A DNA stretch of 64,000 nt from Psilocybe cubensis. Taxonomy: Eukaryota. Below, one piece after another: positions 1 through 14,069 of this stretch. The stretch is taken from contig CM039007.1 in the NCBI GenBank assembly GCA_017499595.2, forward strand, positions 2,480,001 through 2,544,000, in the 5' to 3' direction. How positions within the stretch are numbered: the stretch's first letter is position 1; each line of letters opens with the position of its first letter. The notes under the pieces are model-generated. The model made no database searches and was not told the origin of the DNA. It saw nothing but the letters and a program-made list of their open reading frames with translations. The translations under genes were made by a program, and so were the position numbers.

Positions 1-89
1 CATAGACCTGAACATCTCGCTTGGGAAAGAGGGGAGACACTGTCAACATTTCTTAGGACGTATTCGTCATATCCCGTCTTTCTTGTATC

Positions 90-798
90 ATGATCATCTT
101 TCAATTCTCGTTAATTTCCGTCCAGCTTCGTACTACACATATCTTTCTCGAAAAGCACCTCACCTTCCTAAATCGACTAACCGGCCTCGAGCTGTTCGCA
201 AATCTATTTCTGTTATTTCTGTCATTCGAGATTCTGACGATCGACAGCTGCAGGGTTGCAACCACTGATATCTTCAGCTAGAAATTAGCCTATTGTGGGA
301 AACTTGTTCCTACCCCACCCTCCAGGGTTCGTGAATGACGATAACATTTTTGAATTGAACTTCCCATTGAAGTAATCAATTTACGCCTTTGTATTGATCG
401 AAGATGCTCCTGCCACCACCACCATCACCACCAAAAATCATCGACGAAAAGTTGACACTTATTCCCTGTGGCACAAAGTTCAAACGATTGGACTGACCAC
501 TGTCCTTCCTAGCTAATGCGATAAAACTCAATACATCATTATCTAACCCCCATGCAACCAGGTACTTGTGTATGACTTTCATGCACACACATACATCAAG
601 CTCCGTAAACCCTGGTCAGCTGTCCTCTCCCGTCTTCGTAAACTTGCCGTCGGCTCATCCATATTCAGAAATCTCCTTCCTCAACGTGTGCACCGAGATG
701 CACTCGATGAGCGATACGCTTTGCTCGTCCAATCGCATCACACCCCTTTGTTACATAATTACGCACCACTTGACTCCTCTTTCTTCTGCGTCTTTTGA
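90..798 (+). pseudogene. Possible degenerate fragment of an F-box/LRR (RNI-like) gene
   Basis: Broken ORF pieces with leucine-periodic stretches (HLTFLNRLTGLEL, LSFEILTIDSC, LSRLRKLAV..FRNLLPQR) separated by stops and frame changes. No clean splice path found. Resemblance only. Confidence 0.25.
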
Positions 799-3585
799 CA
801 TCTGTTTTCTCTAGTTGTAGGTATTTGCGCCGATACCCAGGGGGCTGGCGGATTTGTAGATGAACGCGGTTGTAATTGGTTGGTTGGTTCGGTGGTTTGG
901 TCGCTGAGACGGCACGAATTCCAGGGAAGTGGGTAAGTGCTGCACCAGTTTCAGTCCGTGTTCAGAACTTAACTTTAAATACATCGCAACGGCAGATATG
1001 AGCCCAGCTTTTCGTTCCTTCGTCTTATTCGCTTTTAGATGCAAAATGGATCGGGTGGCTCCAATTGGGCGGTGTTGAGCATCTAAAACTACCGGAACTC
1101 TTCAATCCAGGACAGTAGCCATGATTTGTTTATGTGTCAAATGTCTGAACAATATGGTGTATAGGTTCCCAGTCCCTTATCTTGTGTACTCGATATGTTC
1201 CTCTGGCGGAAACGATCGTGGTTATTACACATTTAGAAGGGGCACACTCCCCAGAGACTGCTTGCTGTGGCAAACCTATTGTGGGAGCTCGAAATTGGCC
1301 AGAATATCTGTAATGCAGTTTATTGTCGCTGGACTTGATTTACATCTTCAAAGTATATTAAATACTGTTGTTCGATTTTAGCTATATGCTCACCCTCTTT
1401 GCCTCACAGGACGCGTGGACTATATCAAGTATTGTCCTGCCAAGTTCTTTGAGGATTCAATCGAAAAAAAGCTATTTCTCCGATATCGTTTGCCCAAATA
1501 CAAGCATCTATTTGCTTTACTCTACAGTCTCTTAGTGTTTATAAACTAAGAGTTTTGCCCGCTTTCAGACGCATGGCAAGGTGTGGTCGGAATTCAGAGC
1601 TGCCTGCCCGGTATGCCCGTCGAATTAATTGAAGCCACCACAACTTTATTTAAGCCATACTCTACTTGACAAGACCCTTAAAAATTGAAATCCGCGCCGT
1701 TGCAGTCGCGATACCTTTCCGTCCACAGCCATAGCCATAATCTTTCGAAGTTCGAACATACCAATTTACGGAAAATCGACGACAGTCGAGGACAGTGTTT
1801 GCTGCGGACGGGATCACATCTTTGACACGTTGGAGCACCGTTCATATGTATTATTCAGGTTTCTACTCACCCACCCTGTCGATCGTCCCCATGAAGGCTG
1901 ACTATCGCAGGTCCCATATTTATTTTATCTATATGACATTCCGCCAAACACTCCGAGTAAGTAACGGCATAAAGACACGCAAGGGAACGCCGCGGGGAAT
2001 GAAAAGTCTTTCCCACCACCAGTTCAACCAGCTCGATTGCTTTTTAATTTTAGCTATTTCAGGACGCAGTGCGACAGCTCCAGATCTCACTCTCGGACTC
2101 GCCCTTCTGAATCCGGTCTCCACGATTAAGCCAAAAAATCTGGGGTTCAGGACAACGTCTCGAGGCTCCGTTTCTCAACGGCAGGATATAAGAACTCGAC
2201 GACGTTACAGGGACATTGACTCAGTAAATAAAATCCATTAGAACCCCAGGCTTCAAACACCATAAACAGAATAAACCAGAAAGAAATCTTGGACGATCCT
2301 CGCTTTGTTTTTATTACTTACATAGGTCACGTATACTTATGTAGCTAAGTCTGCGGTGCGCAATCCGATTCAGAGGCCGTTCCATCACCATGTACGTACA
2401 TAATTGTGGGCAGGAATTTCGCGAAGCTAAATCCCTGAATTCTCGTAATGGGGCGCCTACCGCGATTTTATCGGGTGCTAGTGCGGATTGTCCTTTCCCT
2501 GAACCAACTTACACTGGTCGGCTAGATAGATAAACGGAAATGCTGAGGTTACAATCTCCCACCACAAACCCAAGTCCAACGCCAAGGACTCGTAGAGGCT
2601 TCTAACCAACTTCTAATGGGGGTTTGAACAAGCCAACTAGCTTCTTCCGAGTTGTATGTACCCCAAACGAATTATTTTCAACTAATTTTCTTGTTCTAAA
2701 CTTCTAATAAGAACTTTAATTAATCGCCAAGAAATGGGTTTGTTTGCTGCAAAAGGAGAATTCGTAAGTATTGTGCGTCATCGTTATTTTATCGCCTTTT
2801 GGGTTGATTCAAAGACCCTGACGGAGATCGTCTTGAACGAATTATCATCATCGAGTACATATAGATTGAAACGGTAAAAACGTGTTAGTTTGCTAACGCC
2901 TGTTGGCTGAGGGGGATCGTGCTCCATATAATGATTTGGGGAGATGATTGAGCATGTACAACCTAGGTGGGCAGATACGACTGGTTTCCGAGGTTTACTA
3001 GACGTCTTTCGATTCTGTACACGAAGCTCTTATCGTCGAGCAGGTATCCAGGAACTGGGAGTTTGAGACGCTGCCCGAGGCCGAGTCTATATAACTTTCT
3101 GCCGTATTGGTGCTCGTAAATACAGACACATGTGTATACCCAATATTTCTACAATAGATACCATGACGCCGAAGGGTCAGCGGAAATGAAGTAGACTAAC
3201 AGAATATGGGATTTACAGCACTAGGGCTACGGAAACTGGGAAGTATAGAAATTAAGTGTGATAGAAAGGCTGCAGAGTGACAAGAGGCACAAATTTGGAC
3301 TTAATGGCTACAATAGTGGCTCTAAGAGGCCGGTATATGGTTGGTAAATTTAAATGACAGGCTGGTTGCTTAAATTGCCTGTCCCGATAAAAAAAGATGA
3401 GCAAGATACATAACCCCAGCGGGTACAAAATACAATCCAAAGAAGAAATGCAAAAGAGAAAAAGAATTGGAAGGGTTTCAAACCTCAGATACACTAAAGG
3501 TAAGGTTTAGTCAGTCGATAATCGCCTGGTCTGTTCAGCCATTGCCAATGCATACGGGTTTCCTGTTGAAGTCTTGATCGGCTTT

Positions 3586-5402
3586 TCAGAAGTCACGGGC
3601 GTAAGATGAAACCGACCACGTACTGCTTCCCCATTCCAAGGGCCTTGCCTCTGGCATCCGGTCCAGTTCACCGGGTGAACTTGATCGTATAGGTGCAGGC
3701 TCGCGTTCAGGTTCACGGTGAGCTGTAGGAAACGGGGGAGGATCGGACGTCACAGGTGCATGACTTAGAGTGGCTCCGTCATGATGACCAGGCTCTGGGA
3801 ATCTCAGTGTGCTCGGGTTATTGGTCACCACATCGTAGCTTGGAGGTGGAGGGTTCTGCGCAGCGTAACTCTCAAAAGTGGCTCTCCTGAAGCTATCTAG
3901 CTCCCTTCTTCTTGCATCTAGTGTCTCGGCAACACGCATTAATCGCGCTCCTGCCGCGTCGGCTCGTCGACGTGCAGCATCGACCTCAATTTTCAGCTGG
4001 TCGTAATGACGTATGTAAGCCTCGATACGGCAAAACAGGCAAGGAAATTTCTTACCCTTTGATTTGCTAAAAGAACCTGTGCAGCCGATTGCTTGATTTT
4101 GTCTGGAAAAAATCTCATTAGAGCACTACCAGCCTAGGGATAGAATCAATTAATATTACTGTGGAACGCCATATCTGTAAAAATATTGTCGAAGAAAACA
4201 TCGCTCACGATGGATCTGTTCAAAAAGGAAGTAAGAAGCCGGTCGCTCAGCATTCAACGGACCTACCCTTGAGCTATATTGACGCGCCCGACTGGCTGAA
4301 CCGCTGGTGACTCCCGTACAGCTTGATCAACTAGCATTTCTACTTGGAAAGCGTTAGATTGTGCATTTCGCAATGCGTTTCGCTCCATCATATCGGCCAT
4401 TCTAGATAGAATTTTAGTATCTCTATGTCACCACCTCAAAGGCAGAAATGTTTAGCGTACGTTCCACCGCCCCACATATCTATTCAACAATTAGCATGCT
4501 AGTGATACAGTAGAAGAAAAAGAAAGAAGAATCACCGTAACGAGAATACCCTAATGCTTCTTGCATGTTCTTCTGGCAAAGATCCATTGCCTTCGCCGCT
4601 CTCGCCAGTAGCTCGGCTGCTCGACTTTCAGCGTTAAGATTTGCTTGGATTTCTCCGTATTGTCTTTTTACAGTTTCCAGATCATACTCTAAACGATCAT
4701 CTTCTGGAAAAGCTATGTGACAGCGGAGATGATGGCACGTATGCATGGTGCGCATTAGCACATATTTACTCTGTAAGGTTGAGGTACAAGCTTGCCTTCG
4801 GAGGGTCCATCAAATACCCGTGCATACAGAGCTTGCAGTTCTGCTTGAGCTGATTCGTACAGCATTTGCTTTTGCTGTAAATCTGACATCTGGAAAAGAT
4901 AAGTCCAGGTATAGAAGGTTAGTAGCCATATTGCGAATGATAACCAGGTCCGTTATCGAGGCTCACCACGCTCTTAGCGCTATCAAGAAGCTGCTGGATG
5001 TTCACTAGATTATCTCTTTCGGTCATCTCCCGCTCCAAGGCTTCAACATACTCCCTTCAAAAATGCAAACTGTAAGCATCTTTACAAAGAACAAAAGAAC
5101 GCGCGGACTCACCGCTCCTCTTTGCTTTCTCTCGCCTCAAATTTTTCTCTCTTTCCCAAAAGCTTGTGCGCAAACCGCTTCGTGGTTGCATCTCGAAGTG
5201 CCTCATGCTCTTTCCGTTCCTTCTTCGTCTTCTCCGCTAGCCGTATAATCCTTTGTTGACTCGCAGATACCTGATTCTCCAGATCTTTGATGTAACTCGA
5301 CTGGTTCTTCTTGGCCACTGGCACATACTCGAGTTCCGCGATAGTGTTTAGGAGGCGTGTGTGGTAGCCTGCGTTGGCGACAATGGCTTCTTGGGCGTCC
5401 AT
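3586..5402 (-). CDS. Fungal hypothetical coiled-coil protein with a C-terminal PPxY motif (multi-exon)
   Basis: ATG at 5402 (MDAQEAIVANAG). ORF pieces 5109-5402, 4480-4761 and 3586-3939 are linked by short GT-AG introns. Charged helical segments and QNPPPPSYD near the C-terminus. Confidence 0.8.
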
Positions 5403-5949
5403 AGCTCCAATAGCTCCAAGGGGCCGTGGGTGTGGTGTAAGAGAGGAGAACAAGTGAGATCACCGAATTTGCATAATGTGAAACTGTTATAACCATTTCG
5501 CGTCAGGTGGCAGTGGTGCGCCATTTACAACCTGGACCACAAGTCCTTGTGTATTGTATTTGGGCCCAGCCTTGAATTCACACATTATATGGCAGAAGAT
5601 ATGCACTTGAATGCGTAGGCTGTTCAAAACTCGACCCAGTTAGCACAAGATTTGCACATATGAAAGGATTGCAAGCCAAAAGCTGTGCAGCACGTCACCT
5701 TCGCGGAAACCTGTTTACAGAATGCTGTGCAGCTACTAGAAAAGCAATGCATATGAAGTCAATACTATAGTTACAAGCGCTCAACTACAGAGCTACGTCC
5801 AAATACAAATATACATGAAAACCATAATACTACTACATGAAAGCATAAAAAATGTGTGAGCAATACTACAATGAGGTCAAAGCAATGATTACTAGTAACA
5901 AAGAAAAAGCATAGAGAAGAAAAGTCATAGATATAAATGAGATAAAACA

Positions 5950-7841
5950 TTATCGCCTGCGACTCATCACAAAACAGCCTTCATAACCAGGAACGTCGGC
6001 AGGGCTGAGTGTGTCTCTCCATCGACCAGCGAGATTCCCGTTCGTGTTGCCGATAAGGTAGCCTCGATACAACCACTTCCCTCTATCACCGTCAACCTGT
6101 AGAGATATGGTAGTTAATCACACGACAAGTTCAACTAATAATGAAAGACAAACATAATCTTTCGAGAGGCTAATAAAACCATCGCACGGTCGTATTCGAC
6201 CTACAAGGTTGAATTGACCCCATGCCGAATGACCCTATCGAACTGTAAGAAGAGAGAACTTGGGGGGACACGTTAAGGGTGACAAACCTCGCCAGTGATG
6301 ATTATATCCTGCACGCGCGGGCCAGGTTCATCTAGATTTGACCGCGAGTCTGATGCAGATGCTCGCACATATCGTCTGACCTGCGAACTTCCAGAACCTT
6401 GGACGGTGAGACCTTCCCTATGCTCACGTATCTGGGTCCCTATCGGGAAATATGAACGCAATGGGTCTCCTGCACGCAGTGGTGTCACAGAGTCAACATC
6501 CATGTCGATTCCGGAATCAGAGTCAGAATGTTCGAAAGCAAGTAAGTGGTGTTCTCGAAGTTTCCACGTCTGCTGATGTCTCCCTACAACGCCTTTTTGA
6601 ATGACTGTCGGAGAAGCACCCGCAAGCATAGCAGCATAAGCTGTAAATTCAGTATACTTGGTCTTTTAGTTAGACAACGTAACACAAAAATAAACTTTGA
6701 AATTACCGTAAAGAAACCTTCCCAGACCCCTTCGATACTATGACGCTTGATCAGAACACAGTAACGAACAGGACAAATCAAAATTTACCTCCCAGGCTCG
6801 AAACAGTCTGTAATGTCTCTTTTGGATTTACTGAAACATCGTCCCCATTCTGAGTCCCACTCATGGAAAGACTGGGTGGCTGAATCAGACGGGGGGAGTG
6901 GTATCGATCGTCTTTTGTTGACGAGAGCAAGGAATGAGAGGATGGCAGGTGCAGCAAGTGGAGGTGGTATCATGTCCATTGGCTTAGCGTACAAAATTGT
7001 GTCCTCGAAAGGCCTCCGGGCTTTTGGTTCAAACTCGACCCATGGAGTCGTTGTTAAGTCGTACTGTACCAAATGATGATAAAAAAGATGCGGATCACGG
7101 ATTTGCGCAAACTCACAAGGTGTGCACCAAGAGCCATTGCCTTTAGAACATTCAACGGAGATTCTACACCATCATTAGTCGCAGTTTCGTAATCATCTGT
7201 TCAAGCATCAACAGACCGACAAGCACATCATAACGCCATAACGCACCAGTATTCAGCAGAAACCAGAACATCCACATTCCCAGTGCTGTCTCTGGCCTAT
7301 TGACGGGCCACTGACCTATCCTGATGTAGTATATTGCCAGAGAAGCCCCGTGAGAGTCGAACCAAAATTCTCGTATCCATTCCTTCATTCTCCCATATTC
7401 CACAAGCTGTCGCTTGTTCATCTCCTCATTTTCCAACATCATGATGTAGGCCGTGAAAAGGACATCATATACTGACATTTTGAGGGTACTTTCTGCATCT
7501 TCGTCTTCCGCGCGCCTGGCTTGGGTTGTTGAATCGAGTCTTGCTCGAAGTCGCTGAAGTGTGACGCATCGTCTGCGCAGCTCATGTGCAAGCGCCCACG
7601 AAGTTAACCGGACCGAACCCAGGCGTGCCAGCGGTGCCGCAGTATCGAACTTGCTGCAGAATATTTGTGCATAAAGATGGTGATTGGCCTCAATCGATAA
7701 GCTTGCATGTATCTTGCGATTGCATAACAAAAGCGGTACAAGAGACGATGGAGGCCCCAGCAAGGAATCTGTGCCAGCAAAGAATGCTATATGTTCAAGT
7801 ACCTCCTGGGGCACTGTATGCAGAGAGTGTGGTCCATTCAT
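5950..7841 (-). CDS. F-box-like domain protein, paralog 1
   Basis: N-terminus LHTVPQEVLEHIAFF is F-box-like. Exons lie in ORFs 7164-7841, 6785-7072 and 6273-6629. Last exon reads GKWLYRGYLIGNTNGNLAGRWRDTLSPADVPGYEGCFVMSRRR with the stop at 5950-5952. Confidence 0.8.
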
Positions 7842-8380
7842 GAAGACTGGTGGTGAAACGGTGACAAGTCGTGGTTTGGGAAAGCTCTCCTTTCTCAGTA
7901 TTTTCCAGTGAGCAACTGCCCCGGCACCCGGGTATCCACCTTCCCGATTGAGCGACTGACGCTGTGGCCTCCGCGCGAGACGTCATTGAAGGTGATGGCA
8001 CTCTCTATCTCAGTACTCAGTACTCGTCCTAAGTTATGTCTCTAACATGATTTCAAGATACTCATACATGCCTGTCTCCGTCAGCATACTCATTGCTATT
8101 ATAACACGGTTAATAATATCATTATTTCTTTGATTAATTGAATTCAAGTGACGCTGCCATTTCCAACAAGACTACAGTGCAAATCAATCAGATTCTGCGT
8201 GTATTACTGAGTACAGACAAGAATATAACTAAGCTTATGTACATGACATACAAATATACAGCGGTTGTGTGAATACGCTGGTGTGACATATTAATATAAG
8301 AAGAGATAAGCAGATAATTGACAATGATCATTAAATGATCAACAAACAAACAACGCTGCGCTCATCAAACGTTATGTATG

Positions 8381-10453
8381 CTAAAACTTATTGAAAGAAA
8401 ACGTAGCGTCGCCGGTATGGTTTTTGCTGAGACTAAAGGCCCCCTCAAATCGGGTTTCAGAAGTACCGCGATAGTGCCTCATCCTTCCGACAAGATTTTG
8501 CGACGAGGTCACTGGGTAAGAACGAGTTGATGCATGAGAAAAGCTATAAAAAACTAAAGTGTATCTGCACACACCGTATCCGTTAAGAACCATTTTCCCT
8601 AACTGAGGATCCTATCAACGAATTAAGAGTCAGATGTTATCCCAGTGGAGAAAGAATAAGCTTTGAGACGTACAGGATCGCTTTGAACAAGGGCCAGAAG
8701 TCCGTCGTGTAACCTTACACGCCCGATAATCTTTCTGTATCCACCCCATGCCACCCTATATCGATCCTCCGTCTATTCATGGTCAGTCCTGTTTTTCACC
8801 ACGGTCCGATATTGGATGACATGCCTTTGCAGTAATGATAATATCTACTATCGAGGGATGTTCTCGAAGAGATGATTCGCTGTCGCAACGAACATGTGTA
8901 GTGTACGTAGTGAGAAAAGTCCCGCCCTCGTCCGTAAATTCGATGCCGCCCTAGTCATAATCAAGGTCAAAAGGGTTGAAAATTCGCACAGTAATCATAA
9001 AAACGTACAGGCGTTTGACGAGCCTGTATATCTTCTGGGAGCCATGCCTCTTGGATTGCATTCTGTTTACGATTGACAGGGACAGTGTACCGAGTATCGC
9101 AGCAGTAGTGTTCTTCAATGGTCAAGTAAAATGGCCGTCTGGTTTCCAAAACAGAGGGATGATCGAAAACTGCAGGAGTATGGATAGCACTGACATCACT
9201 GTAAATTCCATGCATCTATGGGAGGAGACGTAAGAATAAATAATGACAGAGTAAGATTCGACAAACGTACGATGAACATTCCCTGCCATTGCCCTGTGAG
9301 GGACCCCAGCCTGTAGAACGAAGGCTGGCACAGGATAGTGTCGGGGTTGGTAGCAATCGACGACGATTGAATGCCAACATCTATACCTGGGAAATCCGCG
9401 AAGCGTGTACGGCAATGATTAAAAAAATGTCGAAAGTCCTCGGCACAGGGACCCTCCAATCCCTGCTGAATGGCCTCCGCACGGGTCTCGCAGGTGACAT
9501 GTGCGGGTATCTCAGTGACAAACTCCGCATCCACTCGGACAAAATACAAAAGAGTAGCAAAGATTGCCGCCAATGGGGGACGTGCCTTTCGTTTAACTGC
9601 TCCAAAGTAGTCAATTTGTTGAGGTGGGTATGCAGATATAGGATATGATGGGTGGGTCATATTTAGAAAAGACGTAAGAGGGTGAGAGGAATCAGCGAAC
9701 TCAAAACTATCCGGTGACAGACAAGAAATAGAATACTGCACAATAACGATTTAGGTCTGATTTTGAAAGATAAACCAATAAAAAAAAACTGACTCGGAAT
9801 GAGGCGAACGTGATGGGTTTCAACATTGTCACCATTTCCGTACGCGCATCTGGATGCTCGGAGCCCATTACTCCTGATATGACGGTAAGATAGTCAGGGT
9901 AAAAGATTTAGGTAAGAAACGTACTTGGGGAAGCAAGCGTCCAAGCAAGAGCGATGGCAAGAGACACATTTTCGTCAACGATTGGCCAGCCAAGGTTATC
10001 CCCAGCGTCATCTTTTAGTCGAGAACGCAGATACGAGTCCAGAAAAGTAAGAGTGCCCACTCGGAGCAATTGCTTGATGTTTTTCTGGCTCGTATCAGAG
10101 TCCTCGACCATGAGATACGCTATCCACAATGCCTCAGTCAGGCCAGGATGGTCGAACATTCGATTTTTGAATATATGGATCGCTTCAAAGCGGCGTCGCA
10201 TCTCTAAAGGAGCATGCTCGTGGATAACATCCTTGGTAAGGCGATATATGGGGCCGCGAGCGTCGAATTTTTGTGCAAATATCAGGAAATACAGCTGACT
10301 GGCATTTTTCGGAAGTAGGCGCTCCCAGAAGATACGACAGACAAGCATACAGTTTAGAAGTTCCTTCGGGGGACCAAGTGGCGAGGCAAGGGTGGCGAAG
10401 AATACAATTTTGTGAAACACCTCTGGAGGTGCTCGAAAGATGTTGCAAGACAT
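8381..10453 (-). CDS. F-box-like domain protein, paralog 2
   Basis: N-terminus IFRAPPEVFHKIVFF..LGPP..LYFLIFAQKFD matches paralog 1. Internal GSLTGQWQGMF and AWGGY..GRVR. C-terminal NLVGRMR..FEGAFSLSK. Short GT-AG introns between the ORF pieces. Confidence 0.75.
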
Positions 10454-13193
10454 GATAGTATGGAATGGTGAATGAAAAATTAGAAATATTAATCTTACTG
10501 GCCTCTTTTAAGTGGTCATCGTGTTGTGCTGTAAATGCTGCTTAGGTTGGATGTCCCAGAAGCCAGTTGCCTTGCGCTGTAAACGGCCTTCATTTTACGA
10601 CTCTGGTTCCCACGGCCAATCATAGACAACCACTTACCGGGTCAGCGTTTGTACTGCATGCAGTAATTGTAACTGAGCCACCAAGCCAATGCCCCTGTTC
10701 TCAGAAAACGGCGACGTTGGTTTGAATCTTGAGATTCCAAGGGGAAAAAGGATGGGTTTCGGAGATATTTTTTTTGGCAAGTGTCTCTGGATCCATTCAT
10801 GAGCCAATCAGGTGGGTACGACAGGCCTTTCATACCAGGAATCTCCCGATATACGCCCAAAATAATAGTGGAGAGGCGATCGCGGGATCGCGTCACTTGA
10901 CAATTTGGTGACGGCGTGAAAAGGTTCGACGTGCAAGTCCGAATCCGCGCAAAGCCATCACGGATATCCATTAGCATCAAAACATAACGAGGTCGATGAC
11001 AATTTCGAGGTGGGAACACAAGAAGGTGAGCCGTTGACGGCTAATGCCGTTGAAAGTGTGGAGAGAACATCCTAAAAGAAAAGAGCCATCGCCAAGAGCG
11101 AATTCGGGGAAAAGAACTAGTAATGAGTTGGCCGTCCTATTTCTGTCGGGACAGGCTGACTGGATTGCATCTTCTGAAACACGAAGAAGTGTCTCGGGAT
11201 CTGTTTTCTCTTCTTTATCTCGCTGAACGTCCAGCATTGAGAATGTCTTCTGTTCTTCGATGGAAGGGCTTGAAAGGGGCCGCGACAGAAACCTGTTGTT
11301 TGAGGTCCTAGTCCGGTGTACACCCGCAAGCAGTTCCTTGGATTCTCCTAAAACTTCAGTTTTACTCGTGCATCCTAATGAGGTATTCGTTTGTAACAAT
11401 CTGTGGCGAGAAGGATTCGGAACCGGCATGTGGTCAGGTATAGTATCCAAGTTTAGGGCTTTCGTTGTGGTTTATTGTCAAAGGGGCGGAGTTTGTATAG
11501 TAAAAGCAGATTACGTCTTTCGTAAGCCAACTACATTGAATTGGCAAATTATGATCGCCGCTTTGTGTTGCTGCCGAAGACCAAAGGAGCATAACTAGCG
11601 TGGCAGTGAGCTTTCGCCAGCTTAAAACGATTCTTGGCTGACAAGATCTTCGACCTCGGAATCCCGGCAGCCTTTTATACTCAAGTTGGTTTTAAACTGG
11701 TAAGGAACAGGACATCCAAACGCTTTCCTTCGTCATAAACGCGTGGCATTTGCGTGGCCTGAGTATCATGGAGGCCGTTACGGCCGGAATGTGCTACCCG
11801 ATTTAGCATTAATTAGGGCATCCAAGACGTCCGTGCGGGAGGTGAGAAGGATAACCAGAAACAATGAAACAAACGCCCTATGTGCAATTTTTTCCTACAG
11901 AGAATTTCAAGGTCTAAAACTGTTTGATTTATTGTATTTGTGATCATGTAGACAGTAAGTGTAACTTCATACCAGTAAATAATCCCCTGGCAGTCGAAAA
12001 AATTGGCATCTTGTCTCGAGGTAGAGAGTATCGGAGGGACGCAATGACTGCCCAGTACGGTAAGACTAATGTAAAATCTCATCAGACAATTCTCTTTTAT
12101 TACCACATTTGAACAAGTGTAGTAACAGGTGAGTCGCTTGGTGTGGTTACAACCTTATTATTCATCGTGAAAAAGTATAAAAGTGGATATGTTTGCAAAC
12201 ACCGTACGTCGGGCAGGCTATACACTCGTTGGATCTCTAAAATACACGAAATAAGACAAAATGTATCCGATTATTAGCGCTGGATCCGGCGGACACGGTG
12301 TATGGGCAATCATGACATTTACGGCCATTTTTGCGGTGATGATTTGGGATTAGGAGAGATATATGACGTCGAGTCAGCCTAGAATCCCTCCTGAAGCCTA
12401 CCTTTAATATCACTCCAAATCAAGGCCCTTCCGATAGGTGATGGTAAGACAGTCAAAACCCTACGCTCTTCTTTTCGGTGATTAACGCTCCACGTTTATC
12501 AACGGTCGTATAGTGTGGTAACCGAGGAGGATAAATGTCCTTTATTAATATCTCTTGCATTTCAAATTGCATTTGATCCTATGAAGTTGGTCGGCTATCA
12601 GATTATTCTGGCTTGCCATAATTATTACTATTACTATTAGCTCACATCACAGGTATATGTATACAGGGCAACTGTGTAGACACAGACCCACTTACTTCTC
12701 AGCGACATGTGTAATTACTCTCAACATTTATTTTAAGCCGTTGCCTTAGAGCGCCGCTGTCATTTTCTAAACATCATAACCAGTTATACTGGGATACTAT
12801 CTCAACTGAAAACCATTCATTCCACACTCTTGAGGGTGAGCTGTTTTCAGAATTTCCCCACGAAATATCATGCTCAGTTGAGTTAACAAGGGCCGGTAAC
12901 TCAACTATCGAGTACTTGTTTCATGCATGAAATGTGTTAACGGAGATGAATATGCCTCTCATATTCCATGCGCTCTCTTAACTGCGCAGTGAGCTCTCCG
13001 GGCTCTAGAAGGGGCCACTCACAGCCAATCGTAGTAGCATAGAGAAACTGTTCGCTGACCTTGAAAACTGAATTCGGAGTTAGATTTTCGGCGCTAGAGT
13101 CACGTGTTGAGATCAGATAAATGCGGGCCGACAGCGATCACGATGCAAGATAACAAATTTTTGGAAGAATATTCTTTATCCTCAACCGCCATC

Positions 13194-14069
13194 ATGTCTG
13201 CCAACCTCTCCAAGCTCGAAGCCCACCTCGCCACCAGGTCCTACGTTGAAGGGTGAGTATTTGGTGTTATGCGTGTAGTATTAGAATACTGACCTTCATC
13301 GAATCAGATACACCCCTTCCCAGGCCGATGTGACCGTCTTCAAGGCAATTTCTGCTGCTCCTGATGCTGCCGCCAACCCCCACGTTTCCAGGTGGTACAA
13401 ACACATTCAATCCTATGCTGCGGAGCATGCTTCTCTTCCCGGATCTAGCACAGCCGGTGAGGCGTTTGTCGGTGGAGCCGAGGCTGCCCCTGCTGCTGCT
13501 GCCGATGCAGAGGATGATGAGGAGATTGATCTCTTCGGTTCCGATGAGGAAGAAGATGCCGAGGCCGAGAAGCTCAAGGCTGAACGTGTTGCTGCATACA
13601 ATGCTAAGAAGGCCAACAAGCCAAAGGCTGTCGCTAAGGCATGTACATTTTGCTGGATCTCGTTTAGGGCTCCCATTTACCACCCTATTATTCAAGTCCG
13701 TCGTTACCATGGATGTGAAGCCCTGGGATGATGAGACTGACATGGCTGCTCTGGAGGCTGCTGTCCGCTCGATCGAGCAGGATGGCCTTCTCTGGGGTGC
13801 CAGCAAGCTCGTTCCCATTGGTTACGGTATCAAGAAGCTGCAGATCACCCTTGTCGTTGGTACGTTATTCCAGTCTTCCGCTTTGATTTTATCGTGTATT
13901 CAAAATATCTCTCAGAGGACGAGAAGGTCTCTACAGATGAGCTCCAGGAGAAGATCGCTGAGTTCGAGGATTATGTCCAAAGCACTGATATCTCTGCTAT
14001 GCAAAGTAAGTCGACAGCTCTTATCGATACGTCTATGTCTAATTGTGATGCGTTGCAATAGAACTCTAA
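13194..14069 (+). CDS. EFB1: Translation elongation factor 1-beta (eEF1B guanine-nucleotide exchange subunit)
   Basis: Exons 13194-13252, 13308-13638, 13697-13859, 13916-14005 and 14062-14069. Hallmarks: [71 protein letters not shown]. Confidence 0.97.

Noticed and set aside
10642-11450. Two adjacent minus-strand ORFs (157 and 125 aa) upstream of F-box paralog 2
   Set aside because: No ATG start, recognisable motif or convincing splice path. Cannot be supported as a gene.
12505-12530. tRNA A-box-like sequence
   Set aside because: No T-loop/B-box or cloverleaf follows.
13267-13818. 183-aa antisense ORF over EFB1
   Set aside because: Shadow ORF expected from the strong codon bias of the sense gene.
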